A stretch of DNA of 64,000 bases. Source: Camelus dromedarius (lineage: Eukaryota). The notes under the pieces were generated by a model. That model did not search any database, had not been told where the DNA came from, and saw nothing but the letters and a program-made list of their open reading frames with translations. The stretch is from NCBI RefSeq assembly GCF_036321535.1, contig NC_087447.1, positions 39,434,001 to 39,498,000 on the forward strand. The letters run 5' to 3'. Below are positions 24,933 through 37,918 of this stretch, piece by piece. Each line of letters begins with the position of its first letter. Within the stretch, counting starts at the first letter, position 1. A program made the position numbers and the translations under genes.

Positions 24933-25433
24933 TGTTAACTAAGCATGAATATAGTGAGAGTAGTGATGAAATAAAAATTCCTATCCTAAGGCAAGTCAAG
25001 GAAAATTTATACATAAAAATTTTTCTCTGCCCTTTGGGCTCCTCTCTCCCCTCACTGTGCATCGCGTATCTGCATTATGCATCAACTGAGCCTCCCCATT
25101 GGCAGAAATACCCACTCAGTCATAAAGAGCAACGTTCTCCTGGCATCAACAAGACAACTTAAAAGATAACATTCCTTCTTAATCTCGTAGGAGCCACAAT
25201 GACCCCTGATCCACTACTTTCTAAGTGTAGATCTGGATTGTGTAAACCATCAGTAGGATGTTACTGTACAGCCCTCTGTCTCAAAAACTTATAAAACTGT
25301 GCTTTGACCTCTTAACAGGCAAGATATTTCTTGGAGCTTTCTGAGAGGCTGTTTCCAGGTGATAAACCTCAATTTGGCTCAAATTAAAATTTGCATTTCT
25401 TTCTTAGATCGGCTGATTAATTTTCTCATCAAC
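24933..25433 (+). mobile_element. ERV1-type solo LTR (cetartiodactyl lineage)
   Basis: Starts TGTTAAC; TATA-like cttataaaa ~25288; gagctttctgagaggctgt...cctcaatttggctc; ATTAAA at 25383; ends tcatcaac. Confidence 0.6.
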
Positions 25434-26192
25434 CATAAGAAAATTACTACATGATTAAAACAACATGGGTATGGTGCTCACTACCTGTCCCTCCCGACTA
25501 GGACGAGCCACTGACAGTCTCTTCCATATTTTTGCTCTAGCTTCTTTCTTTAGTTATCCTAGGGGTTCTCTCACAGAGTTCCTGTATGCTGTGCTGAGCC
25601 ACATTCCACCATGATCCCGGCCCATCCTTTCAGGGCTGAAGTAATAATAATCGGTAAGCTCTGGGCCATTCCACCTGCAGAGTCTTCATCTCCCATAATT
25701 CTGGCCAATCCTATTTTTGTTTCTGTTTGCATAAGAAACTCATGTATAAACTGTGGTTCTCCTCCAGTGAAAACCTACTTGGTCAAGTACCTATTGCCAA
25801 AGGTCAGTGGATGCCTGCTTGTCATCAGTGCTGAGCCCAGCCCTCTTTTTAACTCCTGATGGGAAAGGACAACTTCCAGGCAAGGTGCCTCTGCTCCCCT
25901 ATCCCATTTCACACAAGGTTTTACTCTGAATACTGCCTACGCCCCGCTCCTAAGTGTCCTGCCAGATACAGCATATGGATTCAAAATTACCCACTTGCTC
26001 CCTAAGTGCTTTTTTTCTGCTGGGTTCTGTAGTTCTCTCTGCCTATGTAGCAGAAACCCATTCTTACGCTTGTACACTTATCCATGTGCTTACTATTAGC
26101 AATTCTGAGCACTCAGTATTGTCACTAGAAAACTCTACAAGAACACAATCCAACTCTATGGAAAATTCCTTGAGGACAGGGAGGTTGATTTA

Positions 26193-26346
26193 CAGTGTTG
26201 TCCATCTGCATCTGTGGGGGGTTGGTTCCAGGACCCCCTGCAGATGCCAAAATTGGAGGATGCTCAAGTTCGTTATATAAAATGGCACAGCGCAGTGGGC
26301 CTCCACACCTGTGGGTTACACACACACCGATGGGGAGGGCCAATTG
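26193..26346 (+). mobile_element. TcMar-Tigger MITE (MER2/MER8 family) inserted in an L2 tail
   Basis: TA-cagtg...ttggttccaggaccccctgcagatgccaaaa...gatgctcaagt...tatataaaatggc...ggagggccaattg. Confidence 0.75.
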
Positions 26347-26449
26347 TGCTTCCTTCATTTCCCTCAGTGTCAAGCAGAAAAGTTACCATTTTGATTTGAG
26401 AGCACTTCACATCCAGTTAATGTTTGATATCTAACCAGTGTTTACTAAG

Positions 26450-26650
26450 TGTTTGTAATAGGCCTGAGCCTTTCACGTACATTCTCTTATTTAGCCTTCA
26501 CAACAACCTTGTGAATTATGGACTATAGGCTATTCTCAGCTTCACGGGAAAGAAAGGTGACTTGCTAATCACTCAGCTAGAAGGTGGTGATCCTGGAATC
26601 AGAACACATACTCCTCCTGCTTCAGAGCACAGTGCTATTTTCTACAGCAC
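26450..26650 (-). mobile_element. MIR SINE
   Basis: tcttatttagccttcacaacaaccttgtga...gtgacttgc...tcactcagctag. Confidence 0.6.
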
Positions 26651-27859
26651 AGCTGCTTCTGCAGGGGTAGTTCTGGCCTTAAAGAAGATGGATCCTACGG
26701 TCAGCAGACTTGCCGAATCAACAGGAAGTCTTTGATGTGGAGAGTAAGAACCCAGCTTGAAGGAGCAGGGGCTGGAGGCCCCAGCCTGTATGACAGGCAC
26801 CAGCCCAGCAGGTTCCCAGGCTATATCAGTGCACTGGCCACAAAGTGATGCCTATAGAGGGCAATCTGAGCCCATATCACTACACCTGCTAGCAGTGGGA
26901 TAGAGAGGGACAGGGCTGGCTTGGCTGGGTCCTCTTATCCACAATGTCCAGGCTATGGATTCAGCATTAGCCCCATCTATTAAGAGGGCAATATGGAATC
27001 CAGTCTCCCCAACACAAGGAGGCTGTGATGGGGGTGACAAGTGACACTTCCACATCCTGCCTGTCCTTGATCAGGGTCATGCAGAGCCCCAAGTACCATC
27101 CCTTGAGCAAGCAACGGGGCCATCATATTATCCAACCAGGCTCAGCAGGAGCTGCCAGGGCCTGAGACAGCTGGGACACAGGCAGGTCTGCCCTCTCCCA
27201 CCAGCATAAGAGCTCCATGAGAGCTGGGACTCTGAATGTTTTATTTACTGCTGTGCCCCAGTGTCTTGAACTGTGCCTGCCTGGCTTAGAGTAGGCACCC
27301 AACAGATATTGTTGAATGAATGACTGGATGGATGAGCAAAAGAACCAAGAGGAATGCTGCATCCTGTGTGCACAGAATCCCACCTGCAAGGGAAACCTTT
27401 TTCTAAAGGCCTCCCCTTAGACAGCCTCACTCCCTTCTTCAACACATACTGTTTCCTGAAAAAAAAAAAAAATCTCTGAAAGATGTCTAAGCATTACCCT
27501 TATGCTGGCACCCTCTTTTCCAAAGGCAAGAAAAACTTGTCTGTCAAGTTTCTCTCCAACTGAGCAGAAACAACTGTCTCCAGCTTCAGAACCATGGTTG
27601 GTTCTCTCAAGAGCAGCTGAGCCCCTTCCACTTACCACCACTGCCCTGTGGCGGAGGAGAGGCAGAAGCCATGCCACAGTCCAGTCTTGGGTCTCCCAGC
27701 CGCAAGCTGCCCGAGGCAGGTCCCACGTGAGGCCAGGCCCCAGTGGACATCTGAGAGAGGTCACAACCTCCTGTGTACTCTGGGAACCCTCATCTGTGCT
27801 CTCTCATGCTTCTTTGTCTGAGTTTGTCTGTAGAATGTGTGTCCAAGAATCTCACAGAA

Positions 27860-28045
27860 TATTTGATCTCAGGAAACTTCCTTAACTTGGCTAAGCTTCG
27901 GTTTTCTTACGTATAAAATTAGAGTAACAGTAGCATCTGCCTCATTGAGTCATTATGAGAACTAAATAAGAGAATACGTACAAAGTGCTTAGCGCAGTGC
28001 TCGGCACAAGCAAGAGCTCAGTAAATGATAGCCGTTATTATTCCT
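27860..28045 (+). mobile_element. MIR SINE
   Basis: tataaaattagagtaacagtagcatctgcctcat...aaagtgcttagcgcagtgctcggcaca...gctcagtaaatgatagc. Confidence 0.8.
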
Positions 28046-28329
28046 GTTAGGTATGGCTTGACCCGGTGCTTTTGGCATAAAAAGCAAATAAACAAACATA
28101 ACCCACAATCTGAAATAAATTTAAAAAGCTCACTTATCATTATTAATTCATTCAACCAAGATTGCGTCAGGCCGTATGCCAGGTCCTGGATGAGATAGGG
28201 GAGGTTTTAAGTTTGTGGAACTTCACTTATGTCGATCCCTGGAATGAATCACACATACTCGCTGCCTGTCTCACTTTTGGCCTCCACGTGTAACCTCCTT
28301 TCAGGATGCTTTCCCTGAATGGACGCATC

Positions 28330-28710
28330 CCATGCTGGATTCCTTGGGAGGCCAATTCTGAGATTAGCCATGTAGGAAATCCTTGGGTTTGATACCTTGT
28401 GGAAGGGAGGACAAGACTGGGTAGAGGGAGATGTTGACAGCAATGCAGTCCCACAGGGGCCTCCTCAACCCCCTAGACCCGTGAGACAGCAGTGAGTGGG
28501 CCAGGCCTTTCATACTCCCAAGATACATCAGTCATTGGATGCAGGCTACCTCTGGAAGGTGTGACCTTTGATGAGACAGCTTTCTTCAGCCAAGGCTATC
28601 CCCAGGAAGGGCTGTCAGCTGAGGATGATCTGAAAGCACTCCCTGCAGCTGGGGAATGAGTCCTTCATACCTGAAAGGGGATTTGAGCTGTGCAATGTAG
28701 CATCCACGAT
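28330..28710 (-). mobile_element. LTR16A-like ERVL solo LTR
   Basis: gggccaggcctttcatactccc...atcagtcattggatgcaggct...tgtgacctttg...agcactccctgcagctgggga. Confidence 0.7.
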
Positions 28711-29499
28711 ATACTCCAGCCTAGATTTTATCAATAATAAAGAGATGTTGATTCTTCATCTGCGTGACTCCTATCTTTCAACTGGTATATTATATGAGTG
28801 GGAGAAAAGAAAGGGATTTATTGGGACCTTGAACTCTCAGCTGCATTAAGATCTGCGTTAGCCTCCTCTATTCCACAGCTCTGAGTCCTTTCTTCATTGC
28901 TAAGCATCCTTGCCATCAAGGCTACAAGTCAACAAATGCAGAGGGATTTTTCGATAAATGAAGTGAGTCAAGGGGGAGGTGGGGAGGGTGGACAGGGGTT
29001 GAGATTATCTTCAGACTGGCTGGGGCCTAGTTTAAGACACTTTTTGATGCTTCTGTGGCTTTTTTGAAGAGAGAAGAGGGCAGGCAGATTTCAGTCTCAC
29101 CTGAAAGCGCAGGGAGTTGTTTCCCTGGGGCCGTCAGGTAGGTCTGCTGCTGTTATCAGTTTGGCATGGTCTAGCCTAAGAAAATGTAGCTGGTGGTTCT
29201 GCCGTCTGTTGGCATGCTCCAACAAAGCCAAACTCGAGACATATTGAGCATAAATGTCTATTTGAATGAATTCTGGGATCACACAGTGGATTTGCAAACA
29301 TGTTTTCAATTAAAGCCTGCTCTCAGGAAACTGCAGCTGCCTCTCCACCCTAGAAAGAAAATATCCAGAAGTCCAACTCCAAACTGAGAACTGCACTCAT
29401 ATTTCAGGCTTATAACAGATTTTTTTTCAAGGGTTTCTGAGTCCCCAAGATATTTTTCAGATTTCTTATGAGTAACCACTAAAACTTTTATGAATTTTA

Positions 29500-31575
29500 A
29501 GAATTATAAACAAATCCTAAACTCATTGTAGTAGGTTTGTTTATTTTAAGAGCATAGGTGAAGCAATTGACGCTATTGCCTATGTATTATAGGACTGAGA
29601 AGTGCGTGAATATATTAGCATTGAGATCCAGGGTGTCCACTATGGAAGAAGGGACATAAAAATACGAATTGATAAACATATGAGGCAATGGATGTGTTAA
29701 TTAACTAGAAGGTGAGATAGCTTTCATAATGTATATTAAATCACCATGATGTACACATTAAATATCTCACAATACTATTTGTCAATTATACCTCAATAAA
29801 AATGAAAAGAAAAAAATTGGATTGGGAGAAGGCAAGAAATAATTGCAAGGGGAAATGGAGGTATCAGTGCAAACTCATGATTTCTAAAACAGGTATCTGT
29901 GTGTGAATACACCTGTTTTATACACACATATATATAAATATGTATTTATATACATGCATATATTTTCTAGGTTTGACTACTAAAAGGGTCAAGAAGCAAA
30001 CCCTCCCTCCCTGCCATAGCAATGAACACACCAACCACCTGGATCTTGGTCTCCAATACCACTCCTCATTAAGAGAAAATAGGCTTCTCAGAGAAATGGA
30101 CGATTCCAGGGTTGAGGTGAGGTAGAGACAAAATGAGCCTAAGAACATCTGAGTGTGCCAAGAATGCTAAAGAGGGAGAAAGAGAGAGAGCAACTGGGGC
30201 ACGTCACAAGGACACAGGAGCCAGGTTAGAGGGACTCCCACTGGCCAAATCAATTAAGTCCACTAATGAATTATGGAGCATTGGGAAAAAAACAAGAATT
30301 TGTATGTCATTACCATTAATGAATATATAGATGAATGAAGGAATGGAGAAGGGAGAACTCTTGCTTACAGTGAAATGCAGAAAACGGGCTGGTAAATGTG
30401 GGGGAAGTCCTGTAGTTGGAAAGTGCTCATTTTACAACCATCATGATAAGAATAGGATAAGGCAAGAACCATAAATCAAAGCAAATTCTAGAGGAAATTT
30501 TGGCTAAGAGCAAAACATTTGAATTCTCTTAAAGTGTCTCCCCCACAGATTGTTTATTAGTTACAGGGATTTTTTTTTTAAAAAAAATAGTAAGTATAGA
30601 GTGGAAAAATCAAGCAACACCTTGACTGGATGATCAAAATTAACATCACCAAGAGAGACAGATGGACGTCATGAGACTCCAGATGTGACACCCTGAGAAG
30701 GACACAATGCCACCTACGCACTGTTCTGGCCAAGAATGTATAACCTGAATTTAATCATGAGGAAACATCAGATAAACCTAAAATGAAGACCGTCCTATAG
30801 ACCAAAGGGGAGAGAGTCTGAATTGTTCACAAATATCAATGTCATAAAAGACAAAGAAAAACTGTAGATGAAGAAGGCCGGGGTGGACAATAGCAAATGT
30901 TAAGGAGGATGTGCAGAAATTGGAACCCTCATGCCTGGTTGGTAGAATGTACAATGGTGCAGCTTCTTTGGAAAACAGTCCGGCAGCTAGTCAAATTCTA
31001 AACATTGTGTTACCATGGGACTCAGCAATTCCATTCCTACATAGATACCCAAGAGAAATGAGAACATATACCCATATAAAAACTTGTAAGTGAATATTCA
31101 CAGCAGAATTATTCATGAAAGCCAAAAAAAAAGTAGACAGTAGGCAAATGTCCATGAACTGATGAATAGATAAACAAAATGTGACATATCCATACAGCAG
31201 GCTATTTATTATTTGGCAATGGAAAAGAATGAAGTACTGATACATGCTGCAATGAATCTTGTAAACATTATGCTAAGTTAAAGAAGCCAGGCACAAAGAA
31301 CCACATATTGAATGATTCCGTTTATAGAAAATGTCCCGAACAGGCAAATCTATATAGGCAGAAAGCAGATTAGTGATTGCCTAGGTCTAGGGGAGCAGGA
31401 GGACAGAGAATGCTAACGGGTAAAGGGTTTATTTGGGGTAATAAAAATGTCTACACTTTGGTTGTGGTGATGGTTGCACAATTCTGTGAATAAACTAAAA
31501 ACCATTGAATTGCATGTTTTAAAATGGGTAAATTTTATTGTACGTGAATTATATCTCAATACAGACGGATTTAAA
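29500..31575 (+). mobile_element. Nested old L1 3' ends (L1MC/MD-like ~29500-30870, small L1MA tail ~29680-29815, L1MB-like ~30885-31575)
   Basis: gatcttggtctccaataccactcctc...ataggcttctcagagaaatgg...; tataacctgaatttaatcatgaggaaacatcaga; gcagaaattggaaccctcatgc...aattatatctcaat. Confidence 0.8.
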
Positions 31576-31659
31576 AGTCTAATGTTCTTTATTCAAAATA
31601 CCTTGGTAGCAATAATATTTGGCAGTATGATTTATGTCTATGAAGAGCAATTTTTTAAA

Positions 31660-32780
31660 AATAAATAAAACATACACATTCAAGGATGGACTGAAGCATG
31701 CAGGCCATTTGTGACCCAGGCAGGAGCAGCTTTAGTGATGAAGTAAAGGCAGAAAGCAGACTGGATTGGGTCAGAGGAATGAGAAGTGAGGAAGTAGACA
31801 GAGTACTTTGCAGTGCAGACAATGCCTTCAAAGAGCTTCCATGTGAAGGGAAGTAGAGAGATGGAGTGAGAGGTAGAGGCATGTGAGGGCTGGAGTAGGC
31901 TTTTCTCATGCAGGAGAGCTGGAGTGCTAAATGATGATGGGCAGGATCCAGTGGAAAAGGCTCAGCTGGAGATGCAGCAGTTAAGAGAAGATAATCCATA
32001 CAGCAAAGTCCAAGAGAAGTTGTGGGACCCAGAATCCACGTGATACCCAGAAGCACACTTTCTCCATCAAACAGGAGGGCAAAGAACAGGAGAGGTGGTG
32101 GTATAGACAGGTCTGTGATTTGGCTTCAGTAAGATGAAAAAATCCTGACAGCTGACTCTTAACCATGGAGAAGGGAAGAGGGTTGGAGGTTTGAAATTTC
32201 ACATACTAGCTAGCTGTGTGATCTTGACAAATGTAGTGAACTTCTCTGAGCTGGTTTCCTCCTTTGGAAAGTGGACAATACCTTGGAGTGTTCTTGTGAG
32301 GATAAAATGAGATAACATAGGTAAAATATTTTGAGCAGACTGACTATTCACACTGCAGGCTCTTAAGAAATGTTAGCTTCCTTTTTAGCTCACCTCTATA
32401 CCCTTGCTCACTCTGCTAACACCCCCAATTAAGTGCAAAAATAAGAACTTCTTGAAGGCAATAACCTAATTTTATTAACCATGTTCCCATGACCTATAAC
32501 AATGCCTGGCACACAGTAGATGTTCAATAAATATTTGTTTCCTAAGGTCAGATCCAATTCCTCTTCTCTGAGTAGCTGTCAAGGGTCCAGCCCCATGCTA
32601 GGGATTGTCACCCATGTCACCTCATCTACTTCTCCCAGCTACACTGGAAATGGGGTGGTGTCATCTCGCCTTTACCAGCAAAGGACCCAAAGCTGAGAGA
32701 GGTTAAGTCACCCAGCTGCTAATGATAAAGACGGAACTCCAAGCCAACTCTTCATTCCAACATCAGTATCTTTCCACTAT
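31660..32780. mobile_element. L2 (minus) plus MIR (plus), L2 tail (plus) and MIR (minus) cluster
   Basis: gaggaatgagaagtgaggaagtagac; tagctgtgtgatcttgacaa...ggataaaatgagataa; tgcctggcacacagtagatgttcaataaatatttg; gctgagagaggttaagtcac. Confidence 0.65.
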
Positions 32781-33234
32781 CTCCCAGGTCCCTGGTTTTC
32801 TTTTTGTCTTTTGTTTTGTTGGTTTTTCTCCTCTCTTAAGCTGATTTATAGGCAAGCCTCCAAGACACTGCCTAAAGGAACTTGTGTAAGGCTCACAAGG
32901 GCAAGAAGCTTGGCATTCTGCTCACCCCTCCTCATGGCTCCTCCCACCAGAATTGCCCTCCCTTCTTCCTCCTGCCCCTCCCTGACCTGATGAAGGTGTC
33001 TAGCACCACAATTAGAAGGTTTAAAGGCTTTGTCCTAGTTATTTTCAGACCCAATATATAAAGAAGAGAATAAAGGGTAATCTTAAAGGCTAGTAAATTA
33101 TCACTGAGCAAGTGAAATTCACTGTCTAGTTTTGGCATGATAGAAAGACATTGGAGATCTGAGATGCCTGAATTTACTGCAGCTGGAAAAGGATAGAGGA
33201 GAAAAAATTGAATCTTTTGCTTTATATGCTCCAC

Positions 33235-34060
33235 CTTTTTAAAATTTTCTTAACATTTTAATGAAAATTTTGAACATACAATTATAGTGGTATAACGATA
33301 TAATGACTAGCAGGGAAACTAGTATAATGAATCCATGTACCCAGCAATTAGCAAGATTTTGCTGCACTGGCTTTATCTCTCTCTCTTTTTTAAATGTAAT
33401 GTCTGACTTCCTGTCATTTCATTTTCCACTTGAAAATGCATTTTTTATTTAATGAACTTTTTTTTTAACTTAGCCACAGGATTATTTTTATACCTAACAA
33501 GCTTGACAACAATCTCGTGGTATCACCAAATGCCAAGACTATACTCAAATTTCTCTGATGGGCTTTTCTTTCTTTTTCCTTTCCTTCTTTCTTTCCCTTT
33601 TCCTTCCTTCCTCTCTAGCCTTCCTTCTTCTCTATCGTTCCTCCTTCCCTCCCTCCCTCTCTTTTGTTCTTTCCTTCGTTCTTTCTCAATCAGTGTATTT
33701 GAATTCAATGCCAGGCCCACACACTGCATTTGGTTGTTCTGAGGGAGCTGCTCTTTCCTAAGACCTTCCCTTGATTTTAATGCCAATGCTTTGGGGAAAC
33801 GAGATCCATTGTCCTGAGAACATCCCACATTCTAGATTAGTTTGTTTTCTTGTGATGAAATTTAACTTGCTCTCTCTCCTCCGTAATTCCGGTAAACTGG
33901 AAGTTGGCTTTAAACATTTGATCGGCTTCAGGGCTTTTGGTACTGAGTCTCTGAGGTGGTGCTGTATGCATCACACTGGGCCACATTAGGGGGCAACAGT
34001 GCTAAAATACCCTGCTCTTGGCGATGCTGAGGTTGATCAGTGGGTTCAGGTGGTTGTCCT
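33235..34060 (-). mobile_element. L1MC4/5-like 3' region containing a polypyrimidine low-complexity tract
   Basis: aatgaaaattttgaacatac...tataatgaatccatgtaccc...; cacactgcatttggttg; cctgagaacatcccacattctagatt. Confidence 0.65.
33565..33687. repeat. (CTTT/CCTT)n polypyrimidine low-complexity tract
   Basis: About 120 bp almost entirely C/T. Confidence 0.9.
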
Positions 34061-35959
34061 GCCCTCTTCTGGGGTATAGCAACTGTGAAGCAAGTTATCA
34101 AAGTCAAAGTGAAAGTGATCTTTAATTCATCTAGGAATCATTACCTGAGTCCCTACCATGCACCAGCCACTCCATTAAGGAGATACAGAAATAAATAAAA
34201 AAGACTTCCTGCCCCTGAGAGAATTCACTGGGATGAAGGAAACACTGTGAACTGCCCTGGCCTTATCCCATGAATGGCTTCCTCCTCCGTAGGTTCGCAG
34301 CCTTATAAACACTTATAAGACACAGCCCAGGGGCGTGGAAGTGCTAACATTTTCTCCTGAGACATCACCTTGCTTGGAGCCTGCAGCCTTCCAGGACTCC
34401 CAGTCATCAGGGGCTTCCCTGTGGGAAACTAAGGGAATACAGGAGTTTTCTCTAATAACCACAAGGTGCCCAGGCTGTCTTCCTTGAATCCTAAAAAGTC
34501 CGACTTCATAATTCAATAAGCAATCAGACTTTTTATTCTTTGTGTCGAATTTTAGAAAGTGGAAACTCTAACCTCTGGAGAAGCGAAAGAGTCTTAAGCG
34601 TGGTTGCTTTAAAAATGTTTACTCTTAAGTACCATGCGGCTCCATGTGAATGGGAGACTTAAGTCTGTACTTGGCAAAATTAGAAGTTTAGAATTGGCTC
34701 AACTCAGCTTTTATGTGCTGTCTAAATGCCTCGCCCTTTGGTGGTTCATACTCTGTTGAAAGCCCTCAACAAGACTTCCCTGCTGGAATTCTATTTTGCA
34801 TTCAGCTCTTGTATGAGGGATAAACAGGGACTATAACTCACCACTAGTGCTGACACCTCAGCAAAGTGTATTCTGAGGTTCTGTATCCTTTAAGAGAGGC
34901 TCTGCCAAGTCACCTGGTGCCACGTACCCTTCCTGGAGGCGAAGAGAGAGGAAGCAGCTGAGGGCTTTGTTTCCCTAGCAGCGTGGACACTGCACTTGGG
35001 GCCACTTCTTTCTCTGAGTATTTTTATTGTGGGTATATATATATACCTTTAAAAAGTGATGAAAACACTTGTTACTGCAAAAACTCCCTCTGTTTGCATT
35101 TCTAGCAATGTTTCCTCGCCAGCTCTGGAGTTGGAACCAATTCTTTCCTCCACGGGCCCCTCCTTCCCCATTCTCCTCCTGAGTGCTGTGCCAGCCCTGA
35201 GCCTGAAACTACAAATGACACATCCACCCTGCCTGTTGACAGAGGCTGCTGTGGCCTCTCCTGGGCTGCCCCACCCACCACCTTGGGGACCTCCTCCTCA
35301 GAAAGTTCACCCCCGTCCTCACCAGGGGTCAGGGCCTTCCCTACAGGTTGGGTTGATCAGAGTTCCCCTGACCGAATTGCCTTGGCAACTGCCTGGAGCT
35401 GACGAGAACAAAGGTGGGGGAACTGCCACTCTCCTCACCTTCACTGGAGTCCCACCAGCCTCCAAAGGCCACTGGCTCCCACACCAGTTGCATCATTCCC
35501 AGTCACCTAGTTTCACAGTCTCTTTCTTCTGCTCCGTTGTTAACTTGACATAACTTTGGTTCCTGCACCTAATAACTCATTGGGTGGCCTCTGAATGTGT
35601 ATGTTTGAGGATTTATGAGAAAATTCTGAAGAATATCCACAGTAAAGGAAATGAAAACCCCAAGTGCGAGAGGTTAGGGTTAAGGTGAGAGCAGAGTGGT
35701 TTTGCATATGCTTGTATACCTGATGGTCTCATTTTTTTAAGAAGACATTTTGATTTACTTGCAGGCCCTTACATCTGGGTTGTAAATTAATACCTTATTT
35801 AAACAAATTTACGAGCTCTAAGAGTCAGACATTCTTCTCCCACTGAATCATGATTATCCTTTGCATTAGAAACAGGGAGAAAAAGAGGGGCTTAGACTTA
35901 CAAAATCTAAAGCATTACTGAAGACCTTCTATGTGCTCAAGCCTTTTCTAGGGAAACAG

Positions 35960-36420
35960 AATGGTCTGGATCTTACTAGCTCACCTGGGTTCAGATCCTA
36001 AGCCAGCCATTTGTCTGTCCTCTGCAGGTGAGCCTTGGAGACTCCATCTCACCATACATATATGAGAAAAGAAACAATGTTCATAAAGAAGTTGAGAGAC
36101 TTAAAAAAGAAAGCATGTGTATAATATTGGCTCCTAGTGGTACTCATTACTGGTGAGTCCTCTTTCACATCATGTTAAAAATTTGGAAGCCTTTTCAGAA
36201 TTCATTAAATCAGTACAGCAATTCTGGAACATGAGTTTTGAAGTTCAACCTCCTGAGCTTAAATCCTGCTTCCCTCTCTTATAAGCCCTATGAACTTGAG
36301 CATGTTCATTAACTTTGCTATGCCTCAGTTCCCTTATACTTATCTCATAGGATTGTTGTAGGGCTTAATTGTGATAACAGTCCCTGGCACATAGTAAGTG
36401 CTCAATAAATATTAGCAACT
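35960..36420 (+). mobile_element. Two tandem MIRs
   Basis: cctgggttcagatcctaagcc...; aaatcctgcttc...tatgcctcagtt...tcataggattgttg...cctggcacatagtaagtgctcaataaatattagc. Confidence 0.75.
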
Positions 36421-37554
36421 ACATTCCAGAAGCTGAGAAGTATGAAAGTTGGAGCAAAATTACACTTTCTGCTTGACTTTGTCATTAGGAAAACCTTTCT
36501 TGATTGAAAAAAAGGCTGTCACATTTTTCTAAGAGCAAAATCTGCCCATTAAGGAGCTACTTGAGTTGAAACATGCTATTGGAAAGCCTTACTTTTGATG
36601 GACTGTGGAAAGTGCCATACAGCACACAACTTGTGAAATGAAATAGGTTACGTTTTTGTAAACTCTTCCCACTCTATGAGGTTAGTGCCACTAGGGGTTC
36701 TCTAGGGACAATGCATGCTTTTGTTGGGGTTTGACATTTAAAAGTGTTTGATTGTTCAGTACATCTTGTTTGAAGAGTTGCTTTACTACAACTTAATGGC
36801 ACATTCCACTCTGGATTTCCTGCCAGCAAATCTATAAAGCTTTGTTTGAGAAAGAAAGCATTCAGAAATTTGTTTTGTTTTGTTTTTAAAGCTGGGAGGT
36901 GCTGCTTTAAAAAGGTGCTGCTAAAAAAAAAGGAAGAGGAGTAGGAGAGAAGTCCTGTGAGTGTAGGATGAGTGTTTGCTTTAAGAACTGGCTGGTCGGC
37001 TCCAGAGTAAAGCAATTAAGAAGGCTCAAGAGGGCCAAGATGAAGAGTGGGGCAAGGTGAGCAAGCAGCTCCATCAATGCCCGGCCCAGAAGAGACAGCC
37101 CGGCTCTGCTCCGCCCCTCTCATTCAACAGCTCTGGTCCTGTTCTGAGCTGATGTGATGACAAAGCAGCTTTGAGGGCATTCTTACCAGAACGTAACATT
37201 ACATAACACCTGCTCTGCATGGCCTGCTGTGAGTGCCGTGGGTTAGTATCCGAGATTGGCATTCCAGTGTGAGGCTCAGGAAATAAACAAAACATGTAGT
37301 GGTTCTCATGCCAGTTTTCACGGGTGGCACCTGGTTAAAGAGCTTTTCAGGTTTATGTTTCCGTGACTGTATCCGTGTCAGCCACCCTATATTCATGTTG
37401 GAATAATGCAGATTAAAAATAAAATTAAAGTGTCCATTAGAGGAGAACTTTTTTTTAATATGGATAAATATCATACATATAATGTTAAGTGAAAGAAGCC
37501 ATTCCAAAAGTGTATGTAGCTGTATGAAGCAATTGATGTGAATTTTAAAATAAG

Positions 37555-37918
37555 ACTAAATAGCCCTCTGTATCTAGTGATTCTGCATCCTCAAATTTGA
37601 GCAACTGTGGATAGAAAATATTCAGGAAAAAAAAAAATTCCAGAAAGTTCCAAAAAACAAAACTTGAATTTGAAGCACTCTGGCAAATTTACATAATATT
37701 TACATAGTATTTATAACTATTTACATTGTATTTACAACTATTTACATAGCATTTACTTTGTATTAGGTATTACAAGTAATCCAGAGATGATTTAAAGTAT
37801 ATGGGTGGATGTGTGTAAATTATACGCAAATACGATTTTATATAAATGACTATCCATGGATTTTGGTACCCAGGAGGGTCTTAGAATCAATCCTCCATGG
37901 ATAGCTAGGGACTATTGT
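37555..37918. mobile_element. TcMar-Tigger MITE (MER2-family) inside an L1ME 3' end (~37450-38320)
   Basis: ccctctgtatc...ttctgcatcc...aactgtggatagaaaatatt...gtattaggtattacaagtaatccagagatgatttaaagtata...tccatggattttggta. Confidence 0.8.

Noticed and set aside
35056..35553. 165-aa Pro/Ser-rich ORF
   Set aside because: No recognisable domain, no promoter or splice context; consistent with a chance ORF in C-rich sequence.
37686..37756. CRISPR-like array
   Set aside because: 10-11-bp contiguous units without unique spacers, inside a mammalian Tigger MITE; no cas genes.
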